In this document: positions 11,073 to 21,819 of the stretch, in pieces
How the letters are laid out: each line of letters begins with the position of its first letter
Position numbering within the stretch: position 1 is the stretch's first letter
Source: Candidatus Freyarchaeum deiterrae
Lineage (GTDB): Archaea; Asgardarchaeota; Jordiarchaeia; Jordiarchaeales; Jordiarchaeaceae
NCBI GenBank assembly: GCA_037305845.1
Contig: CP147778.1
Location: forward strand, 2,560,001 to 2,624,000
Length of the DNA: 64,000 nt
Direction of reading: 5' to 3'
The notes under the pieces: model-generated
The model's database searches: none
Told to the model about the DNA's origin: nothing
Seen by the model: only the letters and a program-made list of their open reading frames with translations
Program-made: the position numbers and the translations under genes

Positions 11073-11492
11073 ATTTTTAGACTCTTCTTTTACTATTGTT
11101 GTATATTTTTGAAAAGTATATTACTTATAGTAGTATACACCAAGTTGTAAAAAATAAGGCTATGTATATAAACCTTTTGACCAAAAGCCACAGCGATAAA
11201 GATTCAACTCTGGGGAAAGATTTTTTCAATCAGACATAACTTTAACATCCCCCTTTTCTGGATAATGCTACTGAAACTACCACTAAAACAATTTTCGCTC
11301 GCAATTCCCATCATACCTGATGCGCTTAGAGCAGTCCCTCCATCCCACGACGGCAGACTAAATTAACCGTATCATTTAACCATCCAATATTAGAAGCCCG
11401 ATTATTACGCGATTCATTGCCGATTGACTGAAAACATCACCACGAATTTTTTAATCGACAAGACGCCGCCAGTATTAAATACTATTTTCCAA

Positions 11493-13385
11493 TTATTCTG
11501 TCTCTGATTTTTGTATGGCTCCCTCAGGACACAGGTCCTGGCATATCGCGCAGCCGAAGCATAGGTTCGATGAAATCTCTACCTCATCTCCCTCAACGAG
11601 AAACGCTGGACACCCCAGAGTGGAAATGCAGAGTCGGCACTTGGTGCACTTGTTCTTATCAATCTCGTAGGGAACGATCTTCTCATTGGCTTTCCTCTTT
11701 TTACGCTGACTAACCAGGGTGCAGTCCTGACGCGAAATAATTAGAGCCGGGCCGTCCCTAAACGAAACCGCTTCCAAAATCGTGTCGACAGTGCTTTTAA
11801 GATCGTAAGGATCAGTTACCTTAATGTATTTCACTCCGCATCCTTCAGCAATTTTTTCCATCTGAATCTTGGGGGACGGGGAACCATCTATTCGAAAACC
11901 GGTTCCCGGGTGGGGTTGATGTCCGGTCATTGCGGTGGTGCCGTTGTCAAGAACAACGACGATGACTTTGCTACCGTTGTAAACCAGGTTAATGAGTGCC
12001 GGGATGCCTGCATGGAAAAATGTTGAATCACCCAATATGGCGAAAATGGGGCTATCCTCACCCGCCTTTGAGAAACCGTTAGCCATACCTATGCTCGCCC
12101 CCATGCATAAACAAGTCTCAATTGTCTCCAAGGGCGGATAGAATCCCAGAGTGTAGCAGCCTATGTCAGAGCTGTATATGAATTTTGTTTTGCTTCGGTT
12201 CTCCGCCAACTTCAAAGCGTAGAAGAAGGCCCTGTGCGGACATCCGGGGCATAGTACGGGTGGACGGGGTGGGGCTTTTACTTCCTGCTGGTTTTGGATT
12301 TCCTTTTTCTGCGTTGAGGCTGGTTGCCCTTTCTCAAGGAAGTTGTTTATTGCTTCTCCGACAACATCTGGTGACAACTCACCATATTGAGGTAACAACT
12401 TTTTGCCAACTATTTCTAGAGCTGGATTGAATTCTTTAGCATACATGTTAACATATTCCTCAATGAAGGGTTCAAGTTCTTCCACCACCAAGACGCGGTC
12501 CAAGTTAGACACAAATTCTCCGATTAATTTTCTTGGAGGCGGGAATGTTGTAGCCAACTTCAGGTAGGAAACCCGGTTCTTGAGATTGCTTTTCTCAAGG
12601 TATTCGCTTACGTACGTGTGTGATAGGCCCGACGCTAGGATGCCGGTTCTTGTATTTTCGTTGATAACCATCTTGTTGAAGGGATTCGACTCAGCCGCTT
12701 CTTTTATTCTCTCAATTCTCTCAAGCATGACTCTTCGCTGAATCCTCGCGTTAACCGGTAGAAAGGTCCAACGGCTCTTATCATGGTCAAATTTACCCGC
12801 CTTCTTTATCGGAGGAATCTCTCCCAGAGTGACATCCTGCTGAGAATGGCTTAACCGGGTAGTGGTGCGCAGCATTACCAGAGTTTTGTACTGCTCCGAA
12901 AACTCAAAAGCGAACTTAGTCATCTCCTTTGCTTCATTCGCACTCGCCGGTTCAAGAACCGGGCAAAAAGCAAGTTTTGCCAATTGACGGTTATCCTGCT
13001 CATTCTGGCTCGAGTGGCAGTCCGGGTCATCAGTGCTAACCAGAACAAACCCTCCTCTGGCTCCCGCATAGCACGCCGTTACAAAACTATCCAGAGCAAC
13101 GTTCAACCCAACGTGCTTCATACAGGCAATTGATCTTACTCCACACATTGAGCCGGCGAAAGCGGTTTCAAAACCGACCTTTTCATTTATTGACCACTCC
13201 ACATACATCTCTGGGTAAAATTCGGACATAGCCGCGAGGGTTTCAATAATCTCTGTTGCTGGAGTTCCGGGGTATCCCGCCGCAACTCTGACCCCCGCCT
13301 CAAGAGCCCCACGAGCTATAGCTTCATTTCCCAAAAGAATTACACGTGTACCCGGTGAATCCTGAGCAAACATTGGCCTAACCAT
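11493..13385 (-). CDS. iorA: indolepyruvate:ferredoxin oxidoreductase alpha subunit
   Basis: GNEAIARGA, GYPGTP, SSQNEQD, RPPVLCPGCPHR, DIGCY, GDSTFFH, two C-terminal 4Fe-4S motifs. Confidence 0.95.
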   Translation of the reverse strand: MVRPMFAQDSPGTRVILLGNEAIARGALEAGVRVAAGYPGTPATEIIETLAAMSEFYPEMYVEWSINEKVGFETAFAGSMCGVRSIACMKHVGLNVALDSFVTACYAGARGGFVLVSTDDPDCHSSQNEQDNRQLAKLAFCPVLEPASANEAKEMTKFAFEFSEQYKTLVMLRTTTRLSHSQQDVTLGEIPPIKKAGKFDHDKSRWTFLPVNARIQRRVMLERIERIKEAAESNPFNKMVINENTRTGILASGLSHTYVSEYLEKSNLKNRVSYLKLATTFPPPRKLIGEFVSNLDRVLVVEELEPFIEEYVNMYAKEFNPALEIVGKKLLPQYGELSPDVVGEAINNFLEKGQPASTQKKEIQNQQEVKAPPRPPVLCPGCPHRAFFYALKLAENRSKTKFIYSSDIGCYTLGFYPPLETIETCLCMGASIGMANGFSKAGEDSPIFAILGDSTFFHAGIPALINLVYNGSKVIVVVLDNGTTAMTGHQPHPGTGFRIDGSPSPKIQMEKIAEGCGVKYIKVTDPYDLKSTVDTILEAVSFRDGPALIISRQDCTLVSQRKKRKANEKIVPYEIDKNKCTKCRLCISTLGCPAFLVEGDEVEISSNLCFGCAICQDLCPEGAIQKSETE

Positions 13386-13466
13386 TACCTCATCATCCCA
13401 TTAACCCTTTATTTACAAGCTTGCTTAAAACAAAATTTTTAATACCAAATTTTGAAAACTGTTTAA

Positions 13467-14303
13467 TCAAGAATTCTTAGCTATGATTTCTCGGCCTTTT
13501 TGAACACCAGTTTGAAACGCCTTCAAATTAATATCCACTAGGTTCGCTGGAACCAGCCTTGAGATACAAGACTCCACTATCTCAACACTCAAAGGCACTT
13601 TCCCAGTTCCCAATAATATTCCTAACAGTAAAATATTTGCTACCTTGGGATTGCCTAACTCCTTAGCGTAATCTGTCGCAGGAATTATGAATACATTATT
13701 TGTGACCTTTTTCAGCTCGTTAGTGATTTGCTCGATTTCTGGGTAAGCGGTTTTTTCCAATAGTTTTTTTGCTGACCTTGGGCAGACGGAAAAACATTGG
13801 GTGCATCCCGTACAGGAAGGCTGAATGACACACTTTCCACTAATCACACTCGAAGCCGGGTTACTCAAAGCCAGAAGATCATTATCCCCCTTAAAGTAAT
13901 AATTAACTTGGCAGAAAGCGAGGCAATTTCCGCACCCAGAGCAAAGAGACGGGTCGACGTCCACCTTCTGTCCCTGAAGAGATACCGGAGGAATATTAAT
14001 GTCACTGTTTATAACCGCTATGGAGCCGTCGTATAAATAATCCATGTAGCGTAACCCCTCCGCTAGCTCAAGTGAGAGAAGCGCGTCAGCCGAACCCTTA
14101 GCCACTAACGGGCTATCCACAGTCGGACCGAATCTGAGGTGAACAATAACCGAGGCGGAGCGTTGACTCATGCCCTTAATCTGCGAGGTTCTAACCCTAT
14201 TCTCCGGACCTTCCTCAAGGGCTGCCATAGCCAAAATATCCGACGCCAATAAAACTCCCTGGCCGCCGATTCCAGTCAACACCATATTATAGTCTTTATC
14301 CAA
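13467..14303 (-). CDS. iorB: indolepyruvate:ferredoxin oxidoreductase beta subunit with internal ferredoxin insert
   Basis: GIGGQG, GMSQRSASV, LGNPKVANILLLG, NLKAF; insert CSGCGNC...CTGCTQCFSVCP. Confidence 0.88.
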   Translation of the reverse strand: MDKDYNMVLTGIGGQGVLLASDILAMAALEEGPENRVRTSQIKGMSQRSASVIVHLRFGPTVDSPLVAKGSADALLSLELAEGLRYMDYLYDGSIAVINSDINIPPVSLQGQKVDVDPSLCSGCGNCLAFCQVNYYFKGDNDLLALSNPASSVISGKCVIQPSCTGCTQCFSVCPRSAKKLLEKTAYPEIEQITNELKKVTNNVFIIPATDYAKELGNPKVANILLLGILLGTGKVPLSVEIVESCISRLVPANLVDINLKAFQTGVQKGREIIAKNS

Positions 14304-14468
14304 ACTGGTATCTCCACGCTTAATATTGTCTACAACGCGGACAATTGAAGCTAAGTAATAGTGGTATTTAATTATATTCTAAAAGCAACTTCGACTAAAA
14401 ATACGTAACTATGAAACTGGTTCAAGCGAGTTTGTGTTTTGCTCGTTGATTTATAATGCACTCTGCTT

Positions 14469-15101
14469 TTAGCATAAGGGCTCAATAATCATATGAGGGA
14501 ATCTCTCTAGATCTAAAAGATAATATTTCATCACGATGTTCTCTTCGGATAGGTTCTGAACTTCTTCAAGAATGTCTAATGGAACTTCCTTCGTGAACAC
14601 AAACATCACTTTGAACGGCACGCCTTCCCTTTCCTGACGCTTGAGTTTGTACAGAATTGGATCCGATGTACTATGCCCCTTTAATGTTTCCAAAAATTCA
14701 TGTAGACTTTTTATTAAGCTAAAACACTCTTTTGGTTCATTAATTATCCATGAAAATCCCCAAGAGTTTCCCACTCTAAGAAGCAAATCGGTCTTAAAAT
14801 CCCCTAAGCAAAACTCTCGAATGAACTGATCAGGCGCCAGATACTTTACAAACAGGTTTAGAACGAAAACTTGATCCGCGTTGTCTCGCCATCTGGGAAA
14901 TATCTGAAAGTCCTCGTTAGCGTATATTAGCGCCCTCACCAACTGTTCCCGAGCCTTCTCCAAGCGGATAAGCATCGGGCTGAGCTCTTCGTCAAACTCT
15001 CCTCCTCTCAAATCCCGCCTAATGTCCGAAATGAGACGATTAATTAGGGTAAGCTCATCCTCCAACCTAACCCTAACGGTTTCAACCATCAAATCCGACA
15101 C
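14469..15101 (-). CDS. hypothetical protein
   Basis: 210-aa ORF; N-terminal helical region, C-terminal part possibly a degenerate PD-(D/E)XK-like fold (TDLLL...IINEPK). Confidence 0.55.
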   Translation of the reverse strand: MSDLMVETVRVRLEDELTLINRLISDIRRDLRGGEFDEELSPMLIRLEKAREQLVRALIYANEDFQIFPRWRDNADQVFVLNLFVKYLAPDQFIREFCLGDFKTDLLLRVGNSWGFSWIINEPKECFSLIKSLHEFLETLKGHSTSDPILYKLKRQEREGVPFKVMFVFTKEVPLDILEEVQNLSEENIVMKYYLLDLERFPHMIIEPLC

Positions 15102-15442
15102 CCACCAACCAGCACCTAAAAATAAGAAACCGTATTACACCTTAACAAATCCCAATTGTATCTTCCGAATCCTACTCAAATTTTAGTAGGACCTATTATA
15201 AAATTCTTTCTACGAAACTTAAACTATACTAAATTCAAAACCCAATTTTTTGAGTATTTTTCATGAAAAAGCACCCTTTTTAGACAAAGAAATAAAAGTG
15301 TGAACCAAATTCCCTATTTTTAAATTTAGATAAAGCAAGTATCACCAAAATTTTCGACCATAATTCCAGAATACCCAAAATGGGAAACATGTAATCAATA
15401 TTTAAAAGGACAAGTTAAATTATTCCTTTCAAGGGTGAGAAT

Positions 15443-16315
15443 ATGATTGGTATCCTAACGGAAGGAGGAGAAAAAGGCTACGCAGTCCCCCAACTGCTTG
15501 AAGCGGCCGAAAGAAAAAATATTAAGACACTAATAATTCCCATGAGAAAACTGATTCTGGGAGTCTCGGCGAATTCCCCCGCCTCATTCGGAGACCTAAA
15601 CCTTCTGGATTTCGACGCCCTGCTTTTCAGAGGTTTCAACTTAGGATCCTTGGAGGAGGTAATACTCAGAATGGACGCCCTCCACCGATTACAGCGTTTA
15701 GGCATGAAAATCTACAACTCCCCATCAGCAATAGAGAAATCCAGCGACAAGTTTTATGCGTCAGCACTACTGGAGGAAGCCGGACTACCCACACCCCGCA
15801 CCTTCGTAACCGAGGACGAGAATGAAGCACTAAAAATTTTCAGAGAAATGGGTGACGTGGTCGTCAAGCCCCTATTCGGCTCCCAGGGAAAAGGAATGAC
15901 CAGAGTCACCGACGTTGAAACCGCCTCCAGAGTCTTCGAAAACCTCGTCTTCTCCAACCTCGTAATTTATATGCAGGAATTCGTCCCCCACGGAAACCGC
16001 GATATACGAGCCTTCACCATAGGAGAAGAAGTCGTAGCCGCAATGCACCGAATATCAGACTCATGGAAAACAAACGTCTTCCAAGGAGCGAAACCAGTCG
16101 CCCTCAAACTTGAACCCGAACTGGAAGAACTAAGCATAAAAGCCGCAAAAGTAGTAGGATGCGAATACGCGGGAGTAGACATACTCGAAGGTCCAAACGG
16201 TCCCGTAATAATCGAAGTCAACTCCTCCCCCACCTGGAAAGGCTTATACCAGGCAACAAAAATACCCATAGCCGACCTACTCCTAGACTACATCATAAAA
16301 AATACAAAGCAATAG
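15443..16315 (+). CDS. RimK/MptN-family ATP-grasp alpha-L-glutamate ligase
   Basis: DKF, VVKPLFGSQGKG, YMQEFV, DIRAF, WKTNV.QG, GVDI, IEVNSSP. Confidence 0.9.
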   Translation: MIGILTEGGEKGYAVPQLLEAAERKNIKTLIIPMRKLILGVSANSPASFGDLNLLDFDALLFRGFNLGSLEEVILRMDALHRLQRLGMKIYNSPSAIEKSSDKFYASALLEEAGLPTPRTFVTEDENEALKIFREMGDVVVKPLFGSQGKGMTRVTDVETASRVFENLVFSNLVIYMQEFVPHGNRDIRAFTIGEEVVAAMHRISDSWKTNVFQGAKPVALKLEPELEELSIKAAKVVGCEYAGVDILEGPNGPVIIEVNSSPTWKGLYQATKIPIADLLLDYIIKNTKQ

Positions 16316-16645
16316 TTCCGAGACCATCCCCCTTAAATTTCCTTAACCATCACATTTAGCTGATGCGATGAAAAAAATGGCAACATAAGGAGGGAGGAGC
16401 CAGGAAAACTCGAAAAGTAGAAGAGGGGATGGATGCGGTTCAAACAATACCCTGGCTCCTAACAAAACCCCGAACCAAACTCTTTGGAGAGGGAGGGGGA
16501 TACAATTTATATCCAAAGTCACCCTAAAAACCCCACCTTTTCCCCAAAAAAAAGGAAATAATCGATGCAAGAACCGTTTTAATCAGCTAAATGTACACAC
16601 CCTTAACTAAAATCTGCCAAAACGATAGATGAGAATCATCAGTTA

Positions 16646-17635
16646 TCAAATTTTAATATCGATTTTGGCTTTCTCCCTTAAAAATTTTTGAAGCTCCTCC
16701 CTATCCGGTAAGGCTGTTATAGCACCCCTCTTAGTAACTACAAGAGCCCCTATCGCGTTTGCAATGGTAATACATTTCTTCAAGTCCCACTTCTTGATCA
16801 GCCCCACTAGGAGACCCGCATTCCAGCCGTCTCCAGCCCCCGTAGTATCAATAGGCTTAACCTTGAAGGCTGGCATCTCGATTTTTTCATCCCCCTTACT
16901 AAATATCATGGAGCCCCGCGAACCCAATTTGATACCCACTATCTTGATTCCGTATCCCAGCGCCCTGTGAGCAGCCTCTTCGGGATCCCCTGTCTGAAAA
17001 ATAAACTCTGCCTCCTCCGTGGAAAAAGTCGCTATATCCGACAATTTAAGTGCCCTGTCATAGGTTTTTCTCAAAACACTGAGGGAATCCCACACATCCA
17101 CTCTCAGTGTCGGATCGAATGAAACTCTTACCCCCGCCTTCTTAGCGTAATCTATGGCTTTGAAAACGGCGTTTCTACAGGGATTCTGTGAGAGCGAGAA
17201 TCCGGAGACGTGGAGAATACTGGCACCCGAAACGTAGTTCTTGTCGATATCCTTCACCTCGAGTGAAGTGTCCGCTGTACCGCCAATCCATGGCTTCCTA
17301 TAAAACATGAAGCTCCTTTCACCGGTAGCGGGGTCATTCGCAACAAACGTAACGGTGGTTCGTTTCCCCTTCTTAACCACAACATGAGAAACATCAACCC
17401 CATTTCTCTCAAGCTCATTTCTCAAAAAATTCCCAAAGGAATCTTCACTCACAGCGGTTATTACTCCACTGCTCACACCCAGCCGAGATACCCCCACTAT
17501 GGTATTCATTGGTGCGCCGCCGAAACACTTCTCGAAAAATTTGACATCCCCGTAAGAAACAGGTTCAGAAGCGACAAAATCTATCAATATTTCACCGATG
17601 GCAATTACCTTGGGAGCCAAAAATACACCACCCAA
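16646..17635 (-). CDS. PfkB family carbohydrate kinase
   Basis: IGEILID, GGAPMN, FDPTLR, DTTGAGDGW. Confidence 0.92.
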   Translation of the reverse strand: MGGVFLAPKVIAIGEILIDFVASEPVSYGDVKFFEKCFGGAPMNTIVGVSRLGVSSGVITAVSEDSFGNFLRNELERNGVDVSHVVVKKGKRTTVTFVANDPATGERSFMFYRKPWIGGTADTSLEVKDIDKNYVSGASILHVSGFSLSQNPCRNAVFKAIDYAKKAGVRVSFDPTLRVDVWDSLSVLRKTYDRALKLSDIATFSTEEAEFIFQTGDPEEAAHRALGYGIKIVGIKLGSRGSMIFSKGDEKIEMPAFKVKPIDTTGAGDGWNAGLLVGLIKKWDLKKCITIANAIGALVVTKRGAITALPDREELQKFLREKAKIDIKI

Positions 17636-17873
17636 TATTCTCGAAAGAATTATGAATTTTTAAATTGTTTTTTAATTCTTAATTTTTATCCATTAGATTT
17701 AAAATATGTTGGTAAAAGGTTTACTTAGTAAATCTTTCTACTGATGTGACCATAACACAGCAGAAAAGTAATCATGGTTCAACATCAGTATTGAGATTTG
17801 GTTCACTCGGTTAAAGTTTCAGAAATAAATAGTTGATTCTCTTCTCAATACTAAGAGTGTTCATATAGGGTGT

Positions 17874-18671
17874 TTGAAATTGGAAAGAACAGAATCCATA
17901 AAAATCACACGCCTAAAGGATGGACAAGCCGAAGAAACCCAAGATAAAGTAGTAAAAGAAAATATCCTAGTAATCAGAGTAAACGGCAAACAGGTCGTAG
18001 GCTTAGTCTATCTTCCCGGCGAGGAAAAAGAACTCGTCTTCGGGCATCTATTCACAACCGGCATAATAGAGAACGTAGACGAAGTGCAAGATTACTCCTA
18101 CTCTAACCTCACTGCAAATCTCAAATTCAAAGAAGGAATTGATGTCGAGGACAGAATTGCAACGTGCGTTACTGGTGGAAGACTGGTAACCACAGCCTGC
18201 GGGCCCCCCGAGTATTTCGTCCAGTTGAAGCAAGGCGTAGGAATACCAAGACTCCAGTCAGAGCTCAAGGTAGAGAGTGAGACAATATTCTCCGCCGCAA
18301 AAACCATGAGTAAAGGCTCAGTGATCTTCCGCGAAACCGGAGGAACCCACGCCGCAGCCCTCTTCACCGAGAAGGGAGATTTGCTGCATCTATCAGAAGA
18401 CGTCGGAAGACACAACGCAGTGGACAAAGTAATAGGAGCATCCATTCTTTCCGGCATCCAACTAGAGAAAACATTCCTGATAAGCACCGGCAGACAAACC
18501 GTGGACATGGTGGTAAAATCGGCCAGAGCCGGCATACCCATAGTCGCATCTCTCTCCGCAGCCACCGACTCCGGAATCTCCGCAGCGGAATCCACCAATA
18601 TCACCCTAATCGGATTCACCCGCGGAACACGAATGAACATATATACCCAACCCCAACGTGTAGTACTATAA
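17874..18671 (+). CDS. fdhD: formate dehydrogenase accessory sulfurtransferase
   Basis: TTACG, FRETGGTHAAA, EDVGRHNAVDKVIG. Confidence 0.93.
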   Translation: MKLERTESIKITRLKDGQAEETQDKVVKENILVIRVNGKQVVGLVYLPGEEKELVFGHLFTTGIIENVDEVQDYSYSNLTANLKFKEGIDVEDRIATCVTGGRLVTTACGPPEYFVQLKQGVGIPRLQSELKVESETIFSAAKTMSKGSVIFRETGGTHAAALFTEKGDLLHLSEDVGRHNAVDKVIGASILSGIQLEKTFLISTGRQTVDMVVKSARAGIPIVASLSAATDSGISAAESTNITLIGFTRGTRMNIYTQPQRVVL

Positions 18672-18725
18672 TCCAAAAAATTGTAATCTCGATAAATCAT
18701 CAACGCCGTCTCGGAGAACATCACT

Positions 18726-19355
18726 ATGATACCTGATTCCGCCGTAGCAATTCTCTGTGGAGGAAAATCAGTAAGAATGGGAACCGACAAAGGACTGGTC
18801 CCCCTCAGCGGCAAACCGATGTTGCTCTATTCCCTAGAAACCTGCGAGGAGGTCTTCTCTGAAATATTCGTCGTCCTAGGCTCAAACCTTAACAAATCCT
18901 ACGAAGAGCTGATAGGCGACAGAGCCAGCATACTAACCGACAAACTTCCGGATATCACTAGCCCCCTAAACGGAGCCTACACAGCCTTTGAGAATTGCAA
19001 ACAAAAATATCTCTACATACTCTCCTGCGACATGCCCTTCGTGAACACAGAGGTACTCAAACTATTGAGAGAAATAATTACCACAGAGGGCGCAGTAGTG
19101 CCCAGATGGCCTAACGGTAACATAGAACCCCTACACGCCGTCTACCGGGCGAAGCCTTCCCTAGAAGCTGCGGAAAAAGCCCTATCAGAAAACCGAATGG
19201 ACATGCTCTCCATGATAAAAAATCTTAGAAGCGTACTATATCTCTCCACCCTTGTGATTGAACAACTGGATCCCAAACTTGAAACATTTTTCAACGTCAA
19301 CACAGTTAACGAACTGAAGAGAGCCGAAGACAAAATCAAAAAACACACCAAATAA
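18726..19355 (+). CDS. mobA: molybdenum cofactor guanylyltransferase
   Basis: ILCGGKSVRMGTDK, SCDMPF, EPLHAVY, FFNVNT. Confidence 0.92.
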   Translation: MIPDSAVAILCGGKSVRMGTDKGLVPLSGKPMLLYSLETCEEVFSEIFVVLGSNLNKSYEELIGDRASILTDKLPDITSPLNGAYTAFENCKQKYLYILSCDMPFVNTEVLKLLREIITTEGAVVPRWPNGNIEPLHAVYRAKPSLEAAEKALSENRMDMLSMIKNLRSVLYLSTLVIEQLDPKLETFFNVNTVNELKRAEDKIKKHTK

Positions 19356-19496
19356 ACCAAAAAACACTCCTCACCTCTAAAAAATAATCAGTAGAAAAAT
19401 GTTATGAATTCACGTTAAATATTAGAAGAGGTGTTTAAATTCGAATTTTTATCTCTGTTTACCATAAAGTATTAAATTTGACAAATTAATGTAAAC

Positions 19497-19718
19497 ATGG
19501 TGAATATTTTGATTGAAGTGCGGAAACTAGATAATCAGGGCAGAATAGTTCTTCCGAAGGAGTGGAGAAAAAAGTTCGGCGGTGAAGTGGTAGTCCTAAC
19601 GCTAGAGAATAAAATAGAAATTTTCCCGAGGAAAGGAAACCTGCTGAAGTTCATAGATTTAATCGAGGTTGAAGAACTCAAAGAATGGAGTGAAATGAAG
19701 AAAGAGCGGCTAAGCTAG
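19497..19718 (+). CDS. AbrB/MazE-type antitoxin (orphan)
   Basis: RKLDNQGRIVLPKEWR. Confidence 0.8.
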   Translation: MVNILIEVRKLDNQGRIVLPKEWRKKFGGEVVVLTLENKIEIFPRKGNLLKFIDLIEVEELKEWSEMKKERLS

Positions 19719-19884
19719 AAATGAAACCGCTAAGCTCCTTTCAACATCTCAATAAAACTTAACTCAACTAAGATAACAATATAAATGCTAAATTGATTGT
19801 TCACTACGGAATTAGGATAGTTTAACGCCGCGTCCATTCAAAAATCGGCATAATTCCTATTTTAAATACTGGTAGTGTTGTGGA

Positions 19885-21007
19885 ATGAAAGATTTAGAAT
19901 TCCTTAATGCTTTCAAGGACCCCAAATTCGCGAGCAAAATCTCCGAAACCATAAAGAGTTTAGCTCCGGAAGAAAGGGTGAAGTTTGTTCATATATGCGG
20001 GACAGCCTAGAAGACTCCCCTAGACCTCGAAACATGAACAAACTATAAGCAAAAACGGCTTGAGAACCCTTCTTCCAGACAACGTCGAAGTAATAGCAGG
20101 CCCAGGATGCCCGGTCTGCGTCACACCATCCATGGTTCTAGATGAAACTATCGAGCTCGCAAGGAGAGGCATCACCATCACGGCTTTCGGCGACCTCCTG
20201 ATGGTCCCCGCAACCCAGACCTCCCTCTACAGTTTAAAGGCAGAAGGAGCCGACATACGAATAGTTTACGGTCCACACGACGCCGTGGAAATCGCCGAAA
20301 AAAACCCCGACAAAGACGTAGTCTTCTGCGCAGTAGGATTCGAAACCACAGCCCCCGGAATAGCATCCGAGATACTCAGAGGCGTCCCCAAAAACTTCAG
20401 TATCATAAGCGCACAAAGACTAATCCCCCCAGCAATGGAGCTCCTCATGGGCTTAGGAGACCTCCAAATAGACGGATTCATCTGCCCAGGACACGTAGCA
20501 ACCATAATAGGAATGAAACCCTTCAGACGCTTCTCAGATGCATACCACATGCCCGCCATCATATCCGGCTTCGAGCCAAACGACGTCCTCCTCACCCTAG
20601 CAATGCTCCTCAAACAGCTAAAAGACGAAGACCCCAAATGCGAAAACGAATACACCCGACTAGTCAAAGAAGAAGGCAACCTCAAGGCCCAAAAAATACT
20701 CGGAGAAGTTTTCGACGTTGCCAACGCCCACTGGCGGGGAATAGGACGAGTACCCGAATCCGGCTACGTGCTCAAAAAAGAATTCGAAGAACACGACGCA
20801 GAAAAAAAGTACGGAATCACAATAAAAAAATCCGTAGACATACACCCCGGATGCAACTGCCACCTAGTCATGATTGGAAGAATATACCCACCGGAATGCA
20901 AACTATTCGGAAACGTGTGCAGACCAGAAAAACCATACGGACCATGCATGGTCTCAAGCGAAGGAACATGCAGAATCTACCACAAATACGGAGCACACTT
21001 CAAATAA
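19885..21007 (+). CDS. hypD: hydrogenase maturation protein HypD, two exons (19885..20003 + 20032..21007; 364 aa after splicing)
   Basis: Exon 1 encodes MKDLEF...KFVHICG; the junction codon AC|A gives T; exon 2 continues HEQTISKNGLRTLLP...GPGCPVCVTP, GFETT, PGHV, C-terminal Cys cluster and GPCMVSSEGTC. Confidence 0.92.
20004..20031 (+). other. putative 28-nt bulge-helix-bulge intron in hypD
   Basis: Central helix CGGG(19998-20001)/CUCG(20026-20029); 3-nt bulges ACA(20002-04) and AAA(20030-32). Cutting after the second bulge nucleotide gives GGG ACA CAT = G-T-H. Confidence 0.85.
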
Positions 21008-21590
21008 ATAATATAATAGCGGTCCCATTTCTTCAGAAACTCATGCTCCATAAACAAGAGAAATTATTAGAAAAAAGAAGTTTCCTCTAAAAAGGAAGAT
21101 GATGATAATGATAACTGCAATGATGATGATAATGATAATGATGCAGAAAGAGAAGGAGAAAGAAGAGAAGGAGAGAAAAGAGAAGAGGAAGAAGAAGATT
21201 AGAAGAACTTAACTTTATGAAGAAGGAATTTTTTCTCAGGATTAGAAAACCTAGAACAATTCAACGAACGAACGAGAAAAGCTAATCGTAGATTCTTCTA
21301 TTATTTTATTCTCTTGATTTTTGCCAAATCTTTATACGTTTACAAAATGTTAATCAAATTGAGAATTTAAGGATTGGAAGAATGTTAATGAATCACATGA
21401 CGCCTCAGACACATTATATTATAGATGAGAAGTGCTGAAGTAAGATGGAGGGCATCTCCAAGGGGGTAAGCGTCTGTAAGATAATACAGCATATTAGCTT
21501 GTTCCGCAATTTTTTTTTGGATCCTATTATTTTATTAGATAGGAAAATATTTATAGATAGTACTCATACTTCCTTGTTTGAGGTTTTTTT

Positions 21591-21818
21591 ATGCGAACTA
21601 CCGTGAAGGTGACAAGAAGGGGTCAAACCACAATTCCCAAAGAGTTTAGAGAAAAACTCGGAATTAAAGAGGGGGACGAGTTAATGGTAGAGTTCACCAA
21701 AGAAGGTTTGCTCTTTAGAGTTATTCCTAAGCTTGAAGAATTGGCTGGCGCATACTCAAAGTTTGGCAAGGTGGAGGAGATTAAAAAAGAGATAGAAAAG
21801 CTAAGAGAGGAATACTAG
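21591..21818 (+). CDS. AbrB-type antitoxin
   Basis: VKVTRRGQTTIPKEFREKLGIKEGD. Confidence 0.88.
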   Translation: MRTTVKVTRRGQTTIPKEFREKLGIKEGDELMVEFTKEGLLFRVIPKLEELAGAYSKFGKVEEIKKEIEKLREEY

Positions 21819-21819
21819 C

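Noticed and set aside
19885-21007. hypD as a simple frameshifted pseudogene, or as a 315-aa protein starting at TTG 20060
   Set aside because: The short form lacks the essential CGxH motif. Both parts are otherwise intact, and the insert boundaries coincide exactly with BHB cleavage positions.
21095-21205. GAT/GAA-rich low-complexity stretch after hypD
   Set aside because: Imperfect microsatellite-like sequence with only a tiny ORF; no supportable function.
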